Virus record (IMG/VR): IMGVR_UViG_3300032038_000014
Span: 64,001 to 128,000 of that record
Source of the DNA: a virus
Taxonomy: Duplodnaviria > Heunggongvirae > Uroviricota > Caudoviricetes
DNA length: 64,000 bases
Reading direction: 5' to 3' (one strand)
Shown here: piece after piece, positions 20,130-31,800 of the stretch
Layout of the letters: each line of letters opens with the position of its first letter
Numbering within the stretch: the stretch's first letter is position 1
The notes under the pieces: generated by a model
The model's database searches: none
What the model was told of the DNA's origin: nothing
Seen by the model: only the letters and a program-made list of their open reading frames with translations
Made by a program: the position numbers and the translations under genes

Positions 20130-22812
20130 TCTCCTCTCTATATTGATCTAAAGCTTTATTTAATTCTAAAATATAATTATTATAAGATGCTTTAATAATG
20201 CTCGTATCATAATGAGCAGCCTGTCTAGTATTTATCATATTAGACTGATCAGAGAAATATTGTAAACGAGCTTGATATAATGTAGGATATTTATGATAAT
20301 TAGTTTCTACATTATAAACTTTAATTTGTTTAGAACAACTAACTTCTACAATAACTCCATCATTAAATTCAATGTTATACATTTTAACTGATTTATTTTT
20401 AATATAATATTTTTCTATTTCATCTAGATTAATTGTTTCTGCATTAATAGTTAAATCAAAAATATCTTTAGAGTAAATAACTACTTTACCATTTGATCCA
20501 TCAATACAAATATCAGTTAATTGAGCAAAATCATCTAAATTAGCATCTACATAATATTTATAATTTTTTAATCTATTAAACGGCGTAGTATTTGCTCTAA
20601 ACCTAATTCGATATAATGCTAATTTATCTGCAGTATCTAAAGAAAATGGAGTTTCACAATACATATCTGTATAAAATTGATAATTAGATAAATCTGTAAT
20701 TTCTCCTCGTAAAAAGGCATCTCTTTCATCTACTGTAGAAAAACTATTATACATATAAATAGTATCTATAGGACGTTTTTCAGCTCGTAAAAATACTACA
20801 TTTAATACAGTAGTACGGATATTATTTAAAGCATCAAATAAATTAGTACTTGGAACATAAGTGTGTAAACTATTACTCCAAGTATGAGCATCATTAAGAT
20901 AATTTCTACCAATAAATTGTTCTACTGGACTATCCAATAATTCTATATCATTAATTAAACCAAAAATAGTAACAGCTTGTGCTAAATATCCATAAGTTAA
21001 TTGACCTTCATTCACTGAATCAATTACATATCGAATAGACTTAATTGAATTTTTACTATTTGTAGTTTCAAAATGATATGCTCCAGTAGCACCAATTTGA
21101 ATATCTTCATTACCAAGTTTAACATGCGCGCCAGGTATAATATCCCTAAAGTCTACATAAATAGCATCTCTAGTGATTAGTTCAATTGTATCTCCAATTG
21201 CCTCTTCTAAAGGTATATCATTAGTTGTAAGATAGTCTTGAACTTTACTATATAAATCAACAGTAACCCAACGAGTTAATGTTTCTAAGTTTTCTCTTGG
21301 ATCTATTAAATTATAATAAGCTAAATTACTACTATTAAATTCAGCTACTTCAAAAGCAGAAGCAGTAAAAGTATGTAACATACGACTTAAAGAATCTGTT
21401 GGAGATAATGATACATTCATAAGTCTAACTAAAAAATTTCCTTCTGCTGGACTTTTAAATAATTTAACTTGACCATTATTTAACCAATCAAGAACTTTAT
21501 TCTTAAAAATTCTTTCAGCCATAATATTATAATCTACTAAATTAGTAGTAGCATATCTGCCATAAGGACTTCTAATATTAGAATAACCGTCAAGGCCCAA
21601 CTCTGACATTTCAATGAAATTTTCTGCTTCATCTGATAAGTAAGAAATGAGTCCAGATATGGCAAATTCTTTATAATTTACATTTCCATTTCTACTAATA
21701 AAAGGAAATTGAGAACCAATAGTATCGACTTTGCTTTCAAGAATATCTGTTTTAAAAGTAGAGACTTTTGGATTATATCGAATTCTTAATTGACGTTCAC
21801 CATCATATAAAAACATATCTTCAAAATCCATTACAATACTATTGGAAATAATTCGATCTGAATATACACCTTGAGCGTTATACTGTTGTAAAGAGTACAT
21901 ATAAGTTACACCTTGTTCTACTGTATAATCTCTATAAGACCAGTCCTCTGGTGGAAGAGAGTGTAAATCAAATCGTTTAATTTCTTCCCAATTAAAACCA
22001 TTTTTACTACTTGCTCTTGATATTAAAAATGTTCCAGATATAACTGGATCTCTATCATCATAAATAGTTAAAAGAATATATCCATTATTAAAATTTCGAC
22101 CGGCAATTAAATTAGCATCTACATCTGGAGAAATAGATCTTCGTTGTGCAATTCTATATTTAACGCTATGAACAACAAGTTTATTAGTTGTTGTAACTCG
22201 AAATTGAATATAATAAGATTTATGTAAATCTAAATCTTGACTAATTAAAAATTCTTCATGAGATTCATAAGAAATATTATCAAAACTAGTATTATGTAAA
22301 CGTTCGCCAGAATCTGCTATTATATTACCTTCACTATCAGTTAATACAAATTGGTAAGAGTACATTTTTTCAGTAACATCTCCTCCAAATTGACTATATA
22401 CACCAACATAAGAATAATTGTGCACATTGGCTTGTCCAAAGGTTAATCCTTCAATATAAATTTCTGGTTTAGTAGTACATTTTGTAATACCAACTGTTGA
22501 ATAATAGCCAATTACACCAGCCTTATCAACATAAGCAAGCTGAACTTTATAATATTGCCCAATTAAAAATTCTATGTTTGAAATAGGAAAAGTTACTGAT
22601 GCTCCTGTGGTGATTGTCATATCTTTATTACCAATTTGAACAACTCCTTTAACATCACCATTAATTGTTTTTATTTTTAGTGCAAAACCAGCAACATCAG
22701 CTGGGGCAACACCCCTATTCATAGTAAAAGGGACGACTATTTCAATCGTCCCTTCTGAATGATAAAAAGCTGGAATTGTACCATTTATATAAGGTGGGTA
22801 CAATTTAGCCAT
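20113..22812 (-). CDS. Putative distal-tail/baseplate protein (899 aa)
   Basis: Ig/FN3-like N-terminal half (YRDYTVEQGVTYMYSLQ); Dit-like segment YNPKVSTFK..KVDTIGSQFPFISRNG..YKEFAISGLIS; gene position. Confidence 0.5.
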   Translation of the reverse strand: MAKLYPPYINGTIPAFYHSEGTIEIVVPFTMNRGVAPADVAGFALKIKTINGDVKGVVQIGNKDMTITTGASVTFPISNIEFLIGQYYKVQLAYVDKAGVIGYYSTVGITKCTTKPEIYIEGLTFGQANVHNYSYVGVYSQFGGDVTEKMYSYQFVLTDSEGNIIADSGERLHNTSFDNISYESHEEFLISQDLDLHKSYYIQFRVTTTNKLVVHSVKYRIAQRRSISPDVDANLIAGRNFNNGYILLTIYDDRDPVISGTFLISRASSKNGFNWEEIKRFDLHSLPPEDWSYRDYTVEQGVTYMYSLQQYNAQGVYSDRIISNSIVMDFEDMFLYDGERQLRIRYNPKVSTFKTDILESKVDTIGSQFPFISRNGNVNYKEFAISGLISYLSDEAENFIEMSELGLDGYSNIRSPYGRYATTNLVDYNIMAERIFKNKVLDWLNNGQVKLFKSPAEGNFLVRLMNVSLSPTDSLSRMLHTFTASAFEVAEFNSSNLAYYNLIDPRENLETLTRWVTVDLYSKVQDYLTTNDIPLEEAIGDTIELITRDAIYVDFRDIIPGAHVKLGNEDIQIGATGAYHFETTNSKNSIKSIRYVIDSVNEGQLTYGYLAQAVTIFGLINDIELLDSPVEQFIGRNYLNDAHTWSNSLHTYVPSTNLFDALNNIRTTVLNVVFLRAEKRPIDTIYMYNSFSTVDERDAFLRGEITDLSNYQFYTDMYCETPFSLDTADKLALYRIRFRANTTPFNRLKNYKYYVDANLDDFAQLTDICIDGSNGKVVIYSKDIFDLTINAETINLDEIEKYYIKNKSVKMYNIEFNDGVIVEVSCSKQIKVYNVETNYHKYPTLYQARLQYFSDQSNMINTRQAAHYDTSIIKASYNNYILELNKALDQYREENGLVE

Positions 22813-22817
22813 ATTAT

Positions 22818-23204
22818 TTACTCCTCTTCTTCTTTAATCATATATAAAATAGATTTTAATTGATTTGAATTAAGTTCTGCATCTCCAAATGCATCAAGAG
22901 AAATTTCATAAATAGGAACTTCTTGTTCTAACTCAAAAAGATCTAATAATTCTTGATTAGCTTGTTCAAGTTTTCCATCTTCAAAATTATAATTATTAGT
23001 TTCTTCATCTTTAGTTCCATATTTCTCAAGAATTTCAGTTCTTGATTTTTCAATATCCTCTGCTATTGCAAGTAAAGATGTAATATTTTTTTGCAAATAA
23101 AAATTAACTTTTACTGGTAATGTAAGATTTAAATTAACAACATTATCCATAAGAGCTAATGCTATTGCATAAATCTCATTATTAGTCATATTTTTTCTTA
23201 CCAT
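22818..23204 (-). CDS. Hypothetical protein, paralogue of 23217-23600
   Basis: Shared LPVxVNFYLQKNI...IEKxRxxIxEKYG motif. Confidence 0.6.
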   Translation of the reverse strand: MVRKNMTNNEIYAIALALMDNVVNLNLTLPVKVNFYLQKNITSLLAIAEDIEKSRTEILEKYGTKDEETNNYNFEDGKLEQANQELLDLFELEQEVPIYEISLDAFGDAELNSNQLKSILYMIKEEEE

Positions 23205-23216
23205 TATATCCTCCTT

Positions 23217-23600
23217 TTACTCTTCTATCATAAATAACATTGCATTCATTTGTGCAACTGTTAAATGTGTATCTTTTAAATCTTCTAAAGAAATCATATG
23301 AATTTCAAGTACTTGATCTATAGAAAGTAATTTTTTCAAATCATCTTGTGCTTGAAGACGTTTTTCATTATCTCTAATTTCATAACAATCTTCTTCAAAA
23401 TTATATTCTCCATATTTTTCTCCAATTTTTAATCTTGCTTCATCAATTTCTTCAGCAGCTTCAATAAAAGTTTTTATATTTTTTTGTAAATAAAAATTTA
23501 CTACTACTGGTAATTCAACATCTTTACCATCTTCTAAAAAATTTTTAGTTAAAGATGTTGCATATTCCAAAATTGTCTTATTTGAAAATGGTTTATGCAT
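23217..23600 (-). CDS. Hypothetical protein, paralogue of 22818-23204
   Basis: Shared LPVVVNFYLQKNI...KIGEKYG motif; RBS AAGGAG. Confidence 0.6.
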   Translation of the reverse strand: MHKPFSNKTILEYATSLTKNFLEDGKDVELPVVVNFYLQKNIKTFIEAAEEIDEARLKIGEKYGEYNFEEDCYEIRDNEKRLQAQDDLKKLLSIDQVLEIHMISLEDLKDTHLTVAQMNAMLFMIEE

Positions 23601-23631
23601 ATTAAAGCTCCTTTATCTCTTTATATATTTT

Positions 23632-26600
23632 TTATCTACCTAAATAACGAATAGTAGATTTAGATGGCGATGATAATGAAACACTGCTGGAAGCAGTTCC
23701 TGAAGATAAACTAGTATCATTGGTTAATATTTTTCCAGAACTATGACCAGTTGCCCATACATTTGTAACATAACCATCGTCATTTTTTGAAAAATGAATT
23801 TCAGATAAATAATTAAAAGTTGTTGTATCTTTACTTAAGCTATAAGTATTAATATTTACACTACCACCATTCAAACTAGTTACTACACTTTTAGATTTTG
23901 CAGAATAAGTTTGACCTTTATATTTTAATACACTAGTAATATTACATGTACCTACATTAACAGTAGTAATATTTGCTGTATTTGAATAGAAACTAGTAAT
24001 AGTTGCTTTAGGTAAAATAGCATTAGTAGCTGTTAATTGACCATTACGAGTTACTAAAAATGAAGTAGCACTTGCATCTTGTAAAGAATAAGCAATATAC
24101 TTATCTCCAGAAAAATCATCATAAGTACTTTTATTTGTAGTAATCCAATTATGTCCAACCAAATCTTGATTATCTTCATCATCAACTACTGAATTAACAT
24201 CAATCCAATGAGTAGCTGTTAATCGTACAGTACCAACTGAAATTCTTGGAGAATCAGAAGACGAACCAAACTTAGAACTAAATAAAGATACTCCATAAGT
24301 AGCAGCACTTTCACCATCACTAGGGATACCATCAGAAAAAAGTCCGTATTGAGTTAATCCCCAACCGCCAATTTCTCCAGTAGTAGCATAAACTGAGCCA
24401 TCCCAACTTACTGCAAAATCTCCTTGTCCTTTTCCAGATCCACTTCCTTGACCTACAATAATTGGATATTTTGTAGCTCCACTATTAATACGAATATATT
24501 TGCCTGCATATGCTTCTCTATAATTACTATTATCTTTATCAACTCCATATTTAGCTACAATACTAAAATTATATGAAGTAATTTTTCCATTTTCTACATC
24601 AAATAATGTACCACTTTTATTTACTTTATAATTACTTGATTTTAAGAAAAATTTAGATGAAATTGTAGTAACTTTAGGTGTATTATTAGCTTCTGAAACA
24701 TTTTCATCTCCATCACTAATATCCACTTCAGTTCCAATATTTTGAGAAATTCTAAATATTTCTATAATATCAGTATCATGATCTTCATATGAGGCAGCAG
24801 CTTTAACGCTAATAAATGGATTTCCCGCACTATCAATAGTTAATCCAATAAGATTTCCAGAATCTGCAGGATATTCACTTAAAGCCTTTAAAGTAAAATT
24901 ATATCCAGTTAGTTTTTTATTAAACAAATCAAATTTAATACCACTTCGATTTGTATCACTAAATCCAGTAGATTGTATATATTCTTGATTTTTAGAAATA
25001 TGTATTAACTTAGTATTATTTTCTGTATCATCAATAATTTGTAAATAAGGATCAGAAGTAGTACCTTCTACTCCTAAATGCACTTTTGCTTGTTTATTTG
25101 TAGTAGTATCTAAAGCTCCTTTAATATTAATAATACCATTATCAATATCAATTTCCATTCCAGAAGCATCAGATGTTTTATAATCTGCACTTCTAATTAC
25201 TCCTGTATTTCCATTAATTTCAATTCTACCATGACCGCTTTTTCCAAAAAATGCAGTACCATCAATTTTTAAACCAAAACTTTGTTCGCCTTCATGATAT
25301 CCAAATACACCAGTATCAGATGATTTTCCGACTCCAATTTTTTTAGCAACATTGCCCATTAATACACCATTGAAGCGATTCTCATCATCTTTATATCCAG
25401 CTCCAACCATAGCAGACATAATAGTACCATTGTCTTCATCAATAGTTAAACTTCCGTCCCAAGAATTTAACATAGTGGAAGCATAAACTTCTTGATATAT
25501 ATGTAAAGGTTGACACCAAACTACTTGATTATTTAACTTAGCTAAAATAGATACTCGTTGATCATTAGTTGCCATATACATAGATGGTACAACTAATTCT
25601 CCAGTAGTAGCATCTATCTGAGGATAAAATTTTGTAGCATCTACACTATCTTCAAATTGTATAAACCAATTAATTCCTTCTTGTTTAACAGGTTTATTAT
25701 TTTCTATTTTATATAAAGTATATTGTCCTTTATAATACATTGGATTAACTCCAGTAGGATCATAAATAATACGATTATCTCCATCCATTGCGGTATAAGT
25801 ATTATCAAATCGTACAGCAATTGGACAATATACAGTTAAGTCTACTGTTAATTGAGATGGACTTAATTCATTAGCTATCTCTAATGCTTCAGTTTCACTC
25901 AAATCAGGATTTTCTTCTTTTACTTCTTCAAGAGTTTGATTTAAATTTGAAGATTTTATTTCAACAGCTTTATTTACTATAATTTCAATAATATAGTGAT
26001 AAAACATTGTTTTATCATTATATTCATTAGTTGTTAAATTATCTTTTCTTTCAAGAATAAAATTTTTACCATCTTGTGTAATTTCTAAAGCCTGATGTAA
26101 TGGAACTGAATATGGTATATATGTAAATAAATTTTCATCATAATCATCAGTAACTTCAATATTCTGATAATTAAAAACATGCGGCACTAGCTTAATAGGT
26201 CCTCCATGCCAGTCAAATACGGGCGTTACCATTGGAACCCATGTACCATTTTTATATTCTTCATAACTTACTGTTAAAGTATAATCTGTTCCATTTGTAC
26301 CATGTACTCCAAAATACATTGTATACTCTGCTGCAAAAGTTTTATTATTTTTATAAATTTCACATCTAACTGTATTATTAATTGCAGTTTGAGTATAATA
26401 AGATTTAATTCTAAATATTTGCTCTAAAGCTGTAGGAACAATTTCTCCTGCGACTCGATCAGTTTCAACTGCAACACCTTGGCGCTCAATGCAGAACCAC
26501 TGGTTACCATCAATCAAGCCCGCAGATATTGCATGAATAGAATTATCTTTATTTTCTTCTAATAAACTATATTCACACCCTTCAACCGGGAGTTCAATCA

Positions 26601-28701
26601 TGGTATTTTCTACTGGAAAATACCATTTGATTGTTTCTACTTTATCTAATTTCTTATCTCCGGTAATAACTTTATCAAATTCTGCAGATAAAAAACGTAT
26701 TTTTGAAGCTTCACTAGAATTCATAATTTGACCATTGGTATTATAAATGTGATAAACTCCATTAAGGCCATAATTAGGATCAGCGTCACATACAATTTTT
26801 AATCCACGTACTAATTCAATACTTGTTAAATCTGGTACTTCATGCTCATTAGTAAATTCTAAAATATCAGATTCATATAAAGTTCGTTGATTTAAATAAG
26901 AAATACGATAATTTTCTATATATTCTAAAACTGGAGACCATTCTTTTTCAGTTGGAATCCATTGTTCATTTTGACCAGAAGATTGTTGAATTGTAAATGA
27001 AAAATTATTATAATTGTATTTATCATTTAATAAACTTGTAGCTTGATAATATGCTTCACTTCCAATAGGATATTGTGCTGCAGCATTTAACAAGTCTTCT
27101 TTATATTGTTCTTCAAAAATAATTAAAGCTTGCTTTAAACGTGAAATATAAAGTTCATTAGCTAATTGTAACTGATAAATTTCTTCATCAGTTAAATTAC
27201 TAGTATCTATTTCTTTATCTTCTATAATTTCAGAAGGAAGAGAATCTAAATAATCATTTAAATTATTTTGAAATTCATACTCTAAATATTCTATAGAAGG
27301 ATATTCAATAATAGTTTTAATTTTTTCATAAGGAGCCATTGGATTTGGTTGAAAATTTTCCCAATTAAAATAATTAACCAAATTAGCAGTACCATTTTGT
27401 CCATTTTGTTCTTCCCAAAACGCTCCTGCTAAATTATCTTCTACTCCTTCTTCCATTTTCCAACGATACCAATGTACAGTAGCTAATGGAACATCTTCAT
27501 AATCATCATTTTCCCAAGTGTCTATATCTTCAATATTATCAATAGCTTGAATACTACCATCTTCATCATCAAGATGTACCCAACGCAAATGAATATTTTT
27601 TTCATTAACTATTTGTAAACCTAAATCTGTATCATCTGTTTCGTTCAGATTTAAAGAAGGATATTTTTCTTCTAAAATAGCTCTATTTATATCTGTTAAA
27701 TAAGAAGCATAAGTTAATGGCTCAAAACTATATAAAAATATTCTATCATCAGTAAAATTTTGCAAATCATAACCAAGACTAAGATAAATATCTTTAGTTA
27801 ATAAATTTGCCATAGAAAGATAAGCATTCCATTCTTGTTCATTATTACGATTAATTAATGGAATATAATTATTATTTTCATCATAAAAATCATCATCTTG
27901 ATAAAATACAAGTTGCATACCTATAATATTATCAAGACTAGAAATATCAAAAACAAGTTGTTGTTGTGACCAAGTTACAAAATTATAAGGATTACCGAAC
28001 ATATTATCAGAATCCAATTTTATATTCACAAAACTATTTGTTCTAACAGTAGAAGTACTACCTGGATCCATAGATGCTATATCTAATCTTAATCCATAAT
28101 GACCTGAAGTAATTTTGTATCCGCCTAAAAGAGATTTAAAGCTAGCCCGCAAACCAAGTCTATCAAATTGAGAAAGTTGTTCAGTAGTAACAGATACTGT
28201 ATTATTAATAGTATCTACATCAGTATCATCTTGAGAAGAAGATTGTGGTGTAATTGATAGTTCACCAGTTCTCCAAATAACAACTTCTTTTTTATCAGAA
28301 TTATTTGCAACTAATCCTTTAGTAGCTTCTGAATCAATTGTTAATAAATTGCCAGTAATATCTATATAAGTATCAAAAGGATTAATATAAGTAGAATATT
28401 CTGTATTACCAGAAATATATTTACCTGTAATATATTTAGTTTGTGTAAAATCTCCATTTGGAATGGTTACATAAACCCAAGTCCCTTCTCTATATCTAGA
28501 ATTTTCTGAATATGCAAAAAATTCAGTAGACCCATCAGAAACGATATATTCGCCTTCATCACTGTTAGATGTATCTACTATTTGACAAGTTATCGTTTTA
28601 TCAAATTGTAAATTTTCAAGACGCTTAGTTGTAATTACATCAATAGCTTGAAATAATTCATCTAGCATTTGATTATTTGTTTTTTCAATGCTTTGCGCCA
28701 T
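23632..28701 (-). CDS. Tail-tip protein (1689 aa)
   Basis: First gene after the TMP. Acidic central region; C-terminal beta-helix-like fibre segments (FAVSWDGSVYATTGEIGGWGL). Confidence 0.55.
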   Translation of the reverse strand: MAQSIEKTNNQMLDELFQAIDVITTKRLENLQFDKTITCQIVDTSNSDEGEYIVSDGSTEFFAYSENSRYREGTWVYVTIPNGDFTQTKYITGKYISGNTEYSTYINPFDTYIDITGNLLTIDSEATKGLVANNSDKKEVVIWRTGELSITPQSSSQDDTDVDTINNTVSVTTEQLSQFDRLGLRASFKSLLGGYKITSGHYGLRLDIASMDPGSTSTVRTNSFVNIKLDSDNMFGNPYNFVTWSQQQLVFDISSLDNIIGMQLVFYQDDDFYDENNNYIPLINRNNEQEWNAYLSMANLLTKDIYLSLGYDLQNFTDDRIFLYSFEPLTYASYLTDINRAILEEKYPSLNLNETDDTDLGLQIVNEKNIHLRWVHLDDEDGSIQAIDNIEDIDTWENDDYEDVPLATVHWYRWKMEEGVEDNLAGAFWEEQNGQNGTANLVNYFNWENFQPNPMAPYEKIKTIIEYPSIEYLEYEFQNNLNDYLDSLPSEIIEDKEIDTSNLTDEEIYQLQLANELYISRLKQALIIFEEQYKEDLLNAAAQYPIGSEAYYQATSLLNDKYNYNNFSFTIQQSSGQNEQWIPTEKEWSPVLEYIENYRISYLNQRTLYESDILEFTNEHEVPDLTSIELVRGLKIVCDADPNYGLNGVYHIYNTNGQIMNSSEASKIRFLSAEFDKVITGDKKLDKVETIKWYFPVENTMIELPVEGCEYSLLEENKDNSIHAISAGLIDGNQWFCIERQGVAVETDRVAGEIVPTALEQIFRIKSYYTQTAINNTVRCEIYKNNKTFAAEYTMYFGVHGTNGTDYTLTVSYEEYKNGTWVPMVTPVFDWHGGPIKLVPHVFNYQNIEVTDDYDENLFTYIPYSVPLHQALEITQDGKNFILERKDNLTTNEYNDKTMFYHYIIEIIVNKAVEIKSSNLNQTLEEVKEENPDLSETEALEIANELSPSQLTVDLTVYCPIAVRFDNTYTAMDGDNRIIYDPTGVNPMYYKGQYTLYKIENNKPVKQEGINWFIQFEDSVDATKFYPQIDATTGELVVPSMYMATNDQRVSILAKLNNQVVWCQPLHIYQEVYASTMLNSWDGSLTIDEDNGTIMSAMVGAGYKDDENRFNGVLMGNVAKKIGVGKSSDTGVFGYHEGEQSFGLKIDGTAFFGKSGHGRIEINGNTGVIRSADYKTSDASGMEIDIDNGIINIKGALDTTTNKQAKVHLGVEGTTSDPYLQIIDDTENNTKLIHISKNQEYIQSTGFSDTNRSGIKFDLFNKKLTGYNFTLKALSEYPADSGNLIGLTIDSAGNPFISVKAAASYEDHDTDIIEIFRISQNIGTEVDISDGDENVSEANNTPKVTTISSKFFLKSSNYKVNKSGTLFDVENGKITSYNFSIVAKYGVDKDNSNYREAYAGKYIRINSGATKYPIIVGQGSGSGKGQGDFAVSWDGSVYATTGEIGGWGLTQYGLFSDGIPSDGESAATYGVSLFSSKFGSSSDSPRISVGTVRLTATHWIDVNSVVDDEDNQDLVGHNWITTNKSTYDDFSGDKYIAYSLQDASATSFLVTRNGQLTATNAILPKATITSFYSNTANITTVNVGTCNITSVLKYKGQTYSAKSKSVVTSLNGGSVNINTYSLSKDTTTFNYLSEIHFSKNDDGYVTNVWATGHSSGKILTNDTSLSSGTASSSVSLSSPSKSTIRYLGR

Positions 28702-28729
28702 ATTTTGGGCCTCCTTTCTCTCCTTTTCT

Positions 28730-28758
28730 ATTATATCTTTATTTTTCTATAAAGTCAA
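28730..28758 (-). promoter_or_regulatory. sigmaA promoter for tail-tip genes
   Basis: TTGACT-17 bp-TATAAT upstream of RBS AAAGGAGG and ATG 28701. Confidence 0.85.
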
Positions 28759-28787
28759 TTAATGGTATCCGACCAATAATAAAAAAT

Positions 28788-28817
28788 AGGGTAGATATAA
28801 TTATATATATCTACCCT
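28788..28817 (-). terminator. Intrinsic terminator after TMP
   Basis: 12-bp stem AGGGTAGATATA/TATATCTACCCT, then ATTTTTT on the minus strand. Confidence 0.8.
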
Positions 28818-28825
28818 TAAATTAT

Positions 28826-31800
28826 TTATTCTCTGTTTGCATATTGAGATGCTAAATTAATAACATTATCAAAAGCAGCCAATATTTCATTTCGATCTGT
28901 AGCATTAGGAAATTCTGCTGTAATATGAACATCTTGTTCAACAGGAGTTGTAGAACTGGATACTGAAGGAGCTGATAAACTACCTAAAGCACCACTTGAT
29001 GCTAATGCATTAATATCTATAATATCAGCAATTTGACGAACAGTATCTACTGCAGCAAGCATATTTTCAGTATCTTTTGCATTTAAAACTAATTCTTTTT
29101 TATGAAGAATTGCAGGCATACCTTCATTACCAGACCAATCACCAGTATATCCACCAGTATCAAATTTACGTCCTACTTTTGATCTCATTGCATTATTATA
29201 TGCTTTTTTAATATAATAACCTAATCCTCTCCAGCCTCGCCTACTACTACTGCTACTTGAACGACGCGTAGTAGTTCTACGACGACTACTAGCTTTAGGG
29301 CTACTACCTGCAGAACTGCTACTACTACTACCACTACTACCAGATCGTCTTCCACTGCCTCTACTGGAACGTCGACGGCTAGAGCGTCTACGACTGCTTC
29401 TTCTACTACTAGAACTTCTTCTGCTGCTACTACTAGAACTACTTCTTCTGGTTGCAGCAGCTCCAATTCCAATAATTTGTGACCAAACTTCTAAAAGTTT
29501 ATTAAATCCACTAACTAAATCTGTAACCTTATTAACAATATTATCAACTGTAACAGACCATTGTTGTTCAAAAGCAACTACTGAATTAACAACAGATTCA
29601 ATTGCTTGTTCAACTTCACCAACAGAAGTAGTCATTCTATCAGCAAGATCTTCTCCTTCATCTGCAATTGATTGTAAATTATCATTTGTAGAACCAGTAA
29701 AATCTTCAATGGTAGTACCAGCAGCAGAATATATATCTGCCATATCAGCTTCCCAAGTTTGTCCTGCTTCCATAGCCGTATTATAAACATCTGCAGTTGC
29801 TTCTGCCCAAGTTTGTTCATAATCAGTTAAAGTATCTATGTTTGTTAATGCAGCTAATGTAGTTTCATCCCAAGAAGTTGTTAAATCAGCATTAGCTTGA
29901 TAAACATCTCCTGTTAATGCTACATAAGTATCTGCATGAATGGTAGAAACTTCTTGTTGATTTTCTAAAGCTAAATTTAATTCATCTGTTAAAGCAGTAA
30001 AATATTCTTGATAATCAGCTTGAATATTTTGAATAGCTTGATAATATTCTTCTGTTCCTTCTCCATAAATTTCAGCAGCTTCTTGCATAGCAGCAATATA
30101 ATTATCTTCAAGTTCCATTAATTGAGTTTGTAAATTAAAAATATATTCTTCATTTAATTTTTGCATTTCATATAGTTTAGCTGCATAATCTTCTTCTGCT
30201 TGTTCAACAGCTTGTTCATCTGCTGTATATACATAAGAGAAATTACCCTCACTATCTCTACTCATACGAACTTGACTTTTTGCTTTTTGAGCTTCTTCCA
30301 TTGCCATTTGTGCGGCTTTTAATTCTAGCTCTTTTTGCATATAATCAATTTCATATTGACTTAATTTTACTTCACTTTCTCTAGCATCTAAAATTTTCTG
30401 TTGAATTTTTTGTAACTCTTGTTTAACTTTTAAATTACTTGATTCATCAATTTGCTTTTGAGCATCACGAGTAAGTTTAGTAAGTTGATACATTTTTTCA
30501 TACTCAGGAACATATACATCAGCAATTTCTTTCTTTAAATCAAAACTATTTTTAAGTCCTTCAAGATTCTCTGCTGCTCCAGCCATTTTACGGCTGAAAT
30601 CTTCAGCCATCATATTCATAGTAGACTCAAATCTATCATTAACAGCTTCAATAGCATCTGCCCAAGTAGAATAATAATTTTCTGTCATTTCTTGAGCATA
30701 ATCTTCTGCTTCTTTAAGATTTTGTTCCCATCTAATGCGTTCATCATCACGAATAAAATCTTGTACTTTAGCATATTGTTCTCTTAAATATTGTAATTGT
30801 TGATCTGCTTGATTTTTACGATCAAAAGCCATAGCAGTAGCTTCTTTAGCCAATTTTACATTAGTTTTTTCAATCTCATCATAAAGTTTGGAACTCATTT
30901 TCATATATTGACGACCAGTTAAATCAACAATATTTTTATAAGAACTAGTTACATTCCTTAAAAATTCCATTCTGTCGGTAATACGATCAAGTTTATCAAT
31001 ATTTTCTTCCATAACCGTATTAATTTCTTCAACTTGTTCTTTTAACCAATCAGACATTTTTCCAGCTTCATCCATAAGCGCTTCAATCCACTCTCGCATT
31101 TGAGAAGCTTCTGCTTCGGTAAAAGTATTTCCATCTTTTTCCATTTGTGCCTTAAGAGCATTTGGATCAATAGTACCATTCATAATTTGATTCATTACAA
31201 CATTACTATCTTTTATACCATGATTTTCAAAAATACCTTTTAATCCATTTTCATAAGTTTTAATTTTGCTAAAAGAAGAATCCATTTGTTTTCCAATATT
31301 AGCAATTCGCTCTCCAGCTTTATAAGCATCATCTTGAATTTGTTTAAGTAAGAAATCAAGAAGCTTTAATTTATCATCTTCTACATTAATTTGAAGAGTT
31401 ACTATTAAAACAGTTTTTTCTAATAACTGATCATAAAGTTTATTTTGTTCTTCTTGAAGTTTTTGTTGTTGCTCAACTAACAAATCTTCTGTTTCTTCAT
31501 ATTGTTTTAAAAATTCATTAAAAGCATCATATTGAGCCTTTGCAGCTTCAAATGCACGTTCAGCTTTTTTATCACCTTTTGTAGATTTATTATATTTTTC
31601 TACTGCGGCATTGTATTTAGCATTATTTTGTTCAATTAATGCATCATAATTTGTAAGATTGCCATAATCATCAAATTGTGCACCAATACCCAAATAATTA
31701 GAAGCACCAGCTCCAACACTTTTAAATTTACTATCAGTTTCACTCCAATATTGTTTAGAACCACTTTGTAAATTTTGTTTATCTAATTTTTGATTTGCTT

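Noticed and set aside
29221-29472. 83-aa V/E/A-rich ORF in an alternative frame over the Ser/Arg tract
   Set aside because: By-product of AGT/AGC/AGA repeats; no SD. Not evidence of an overlapping gene or frameshift.
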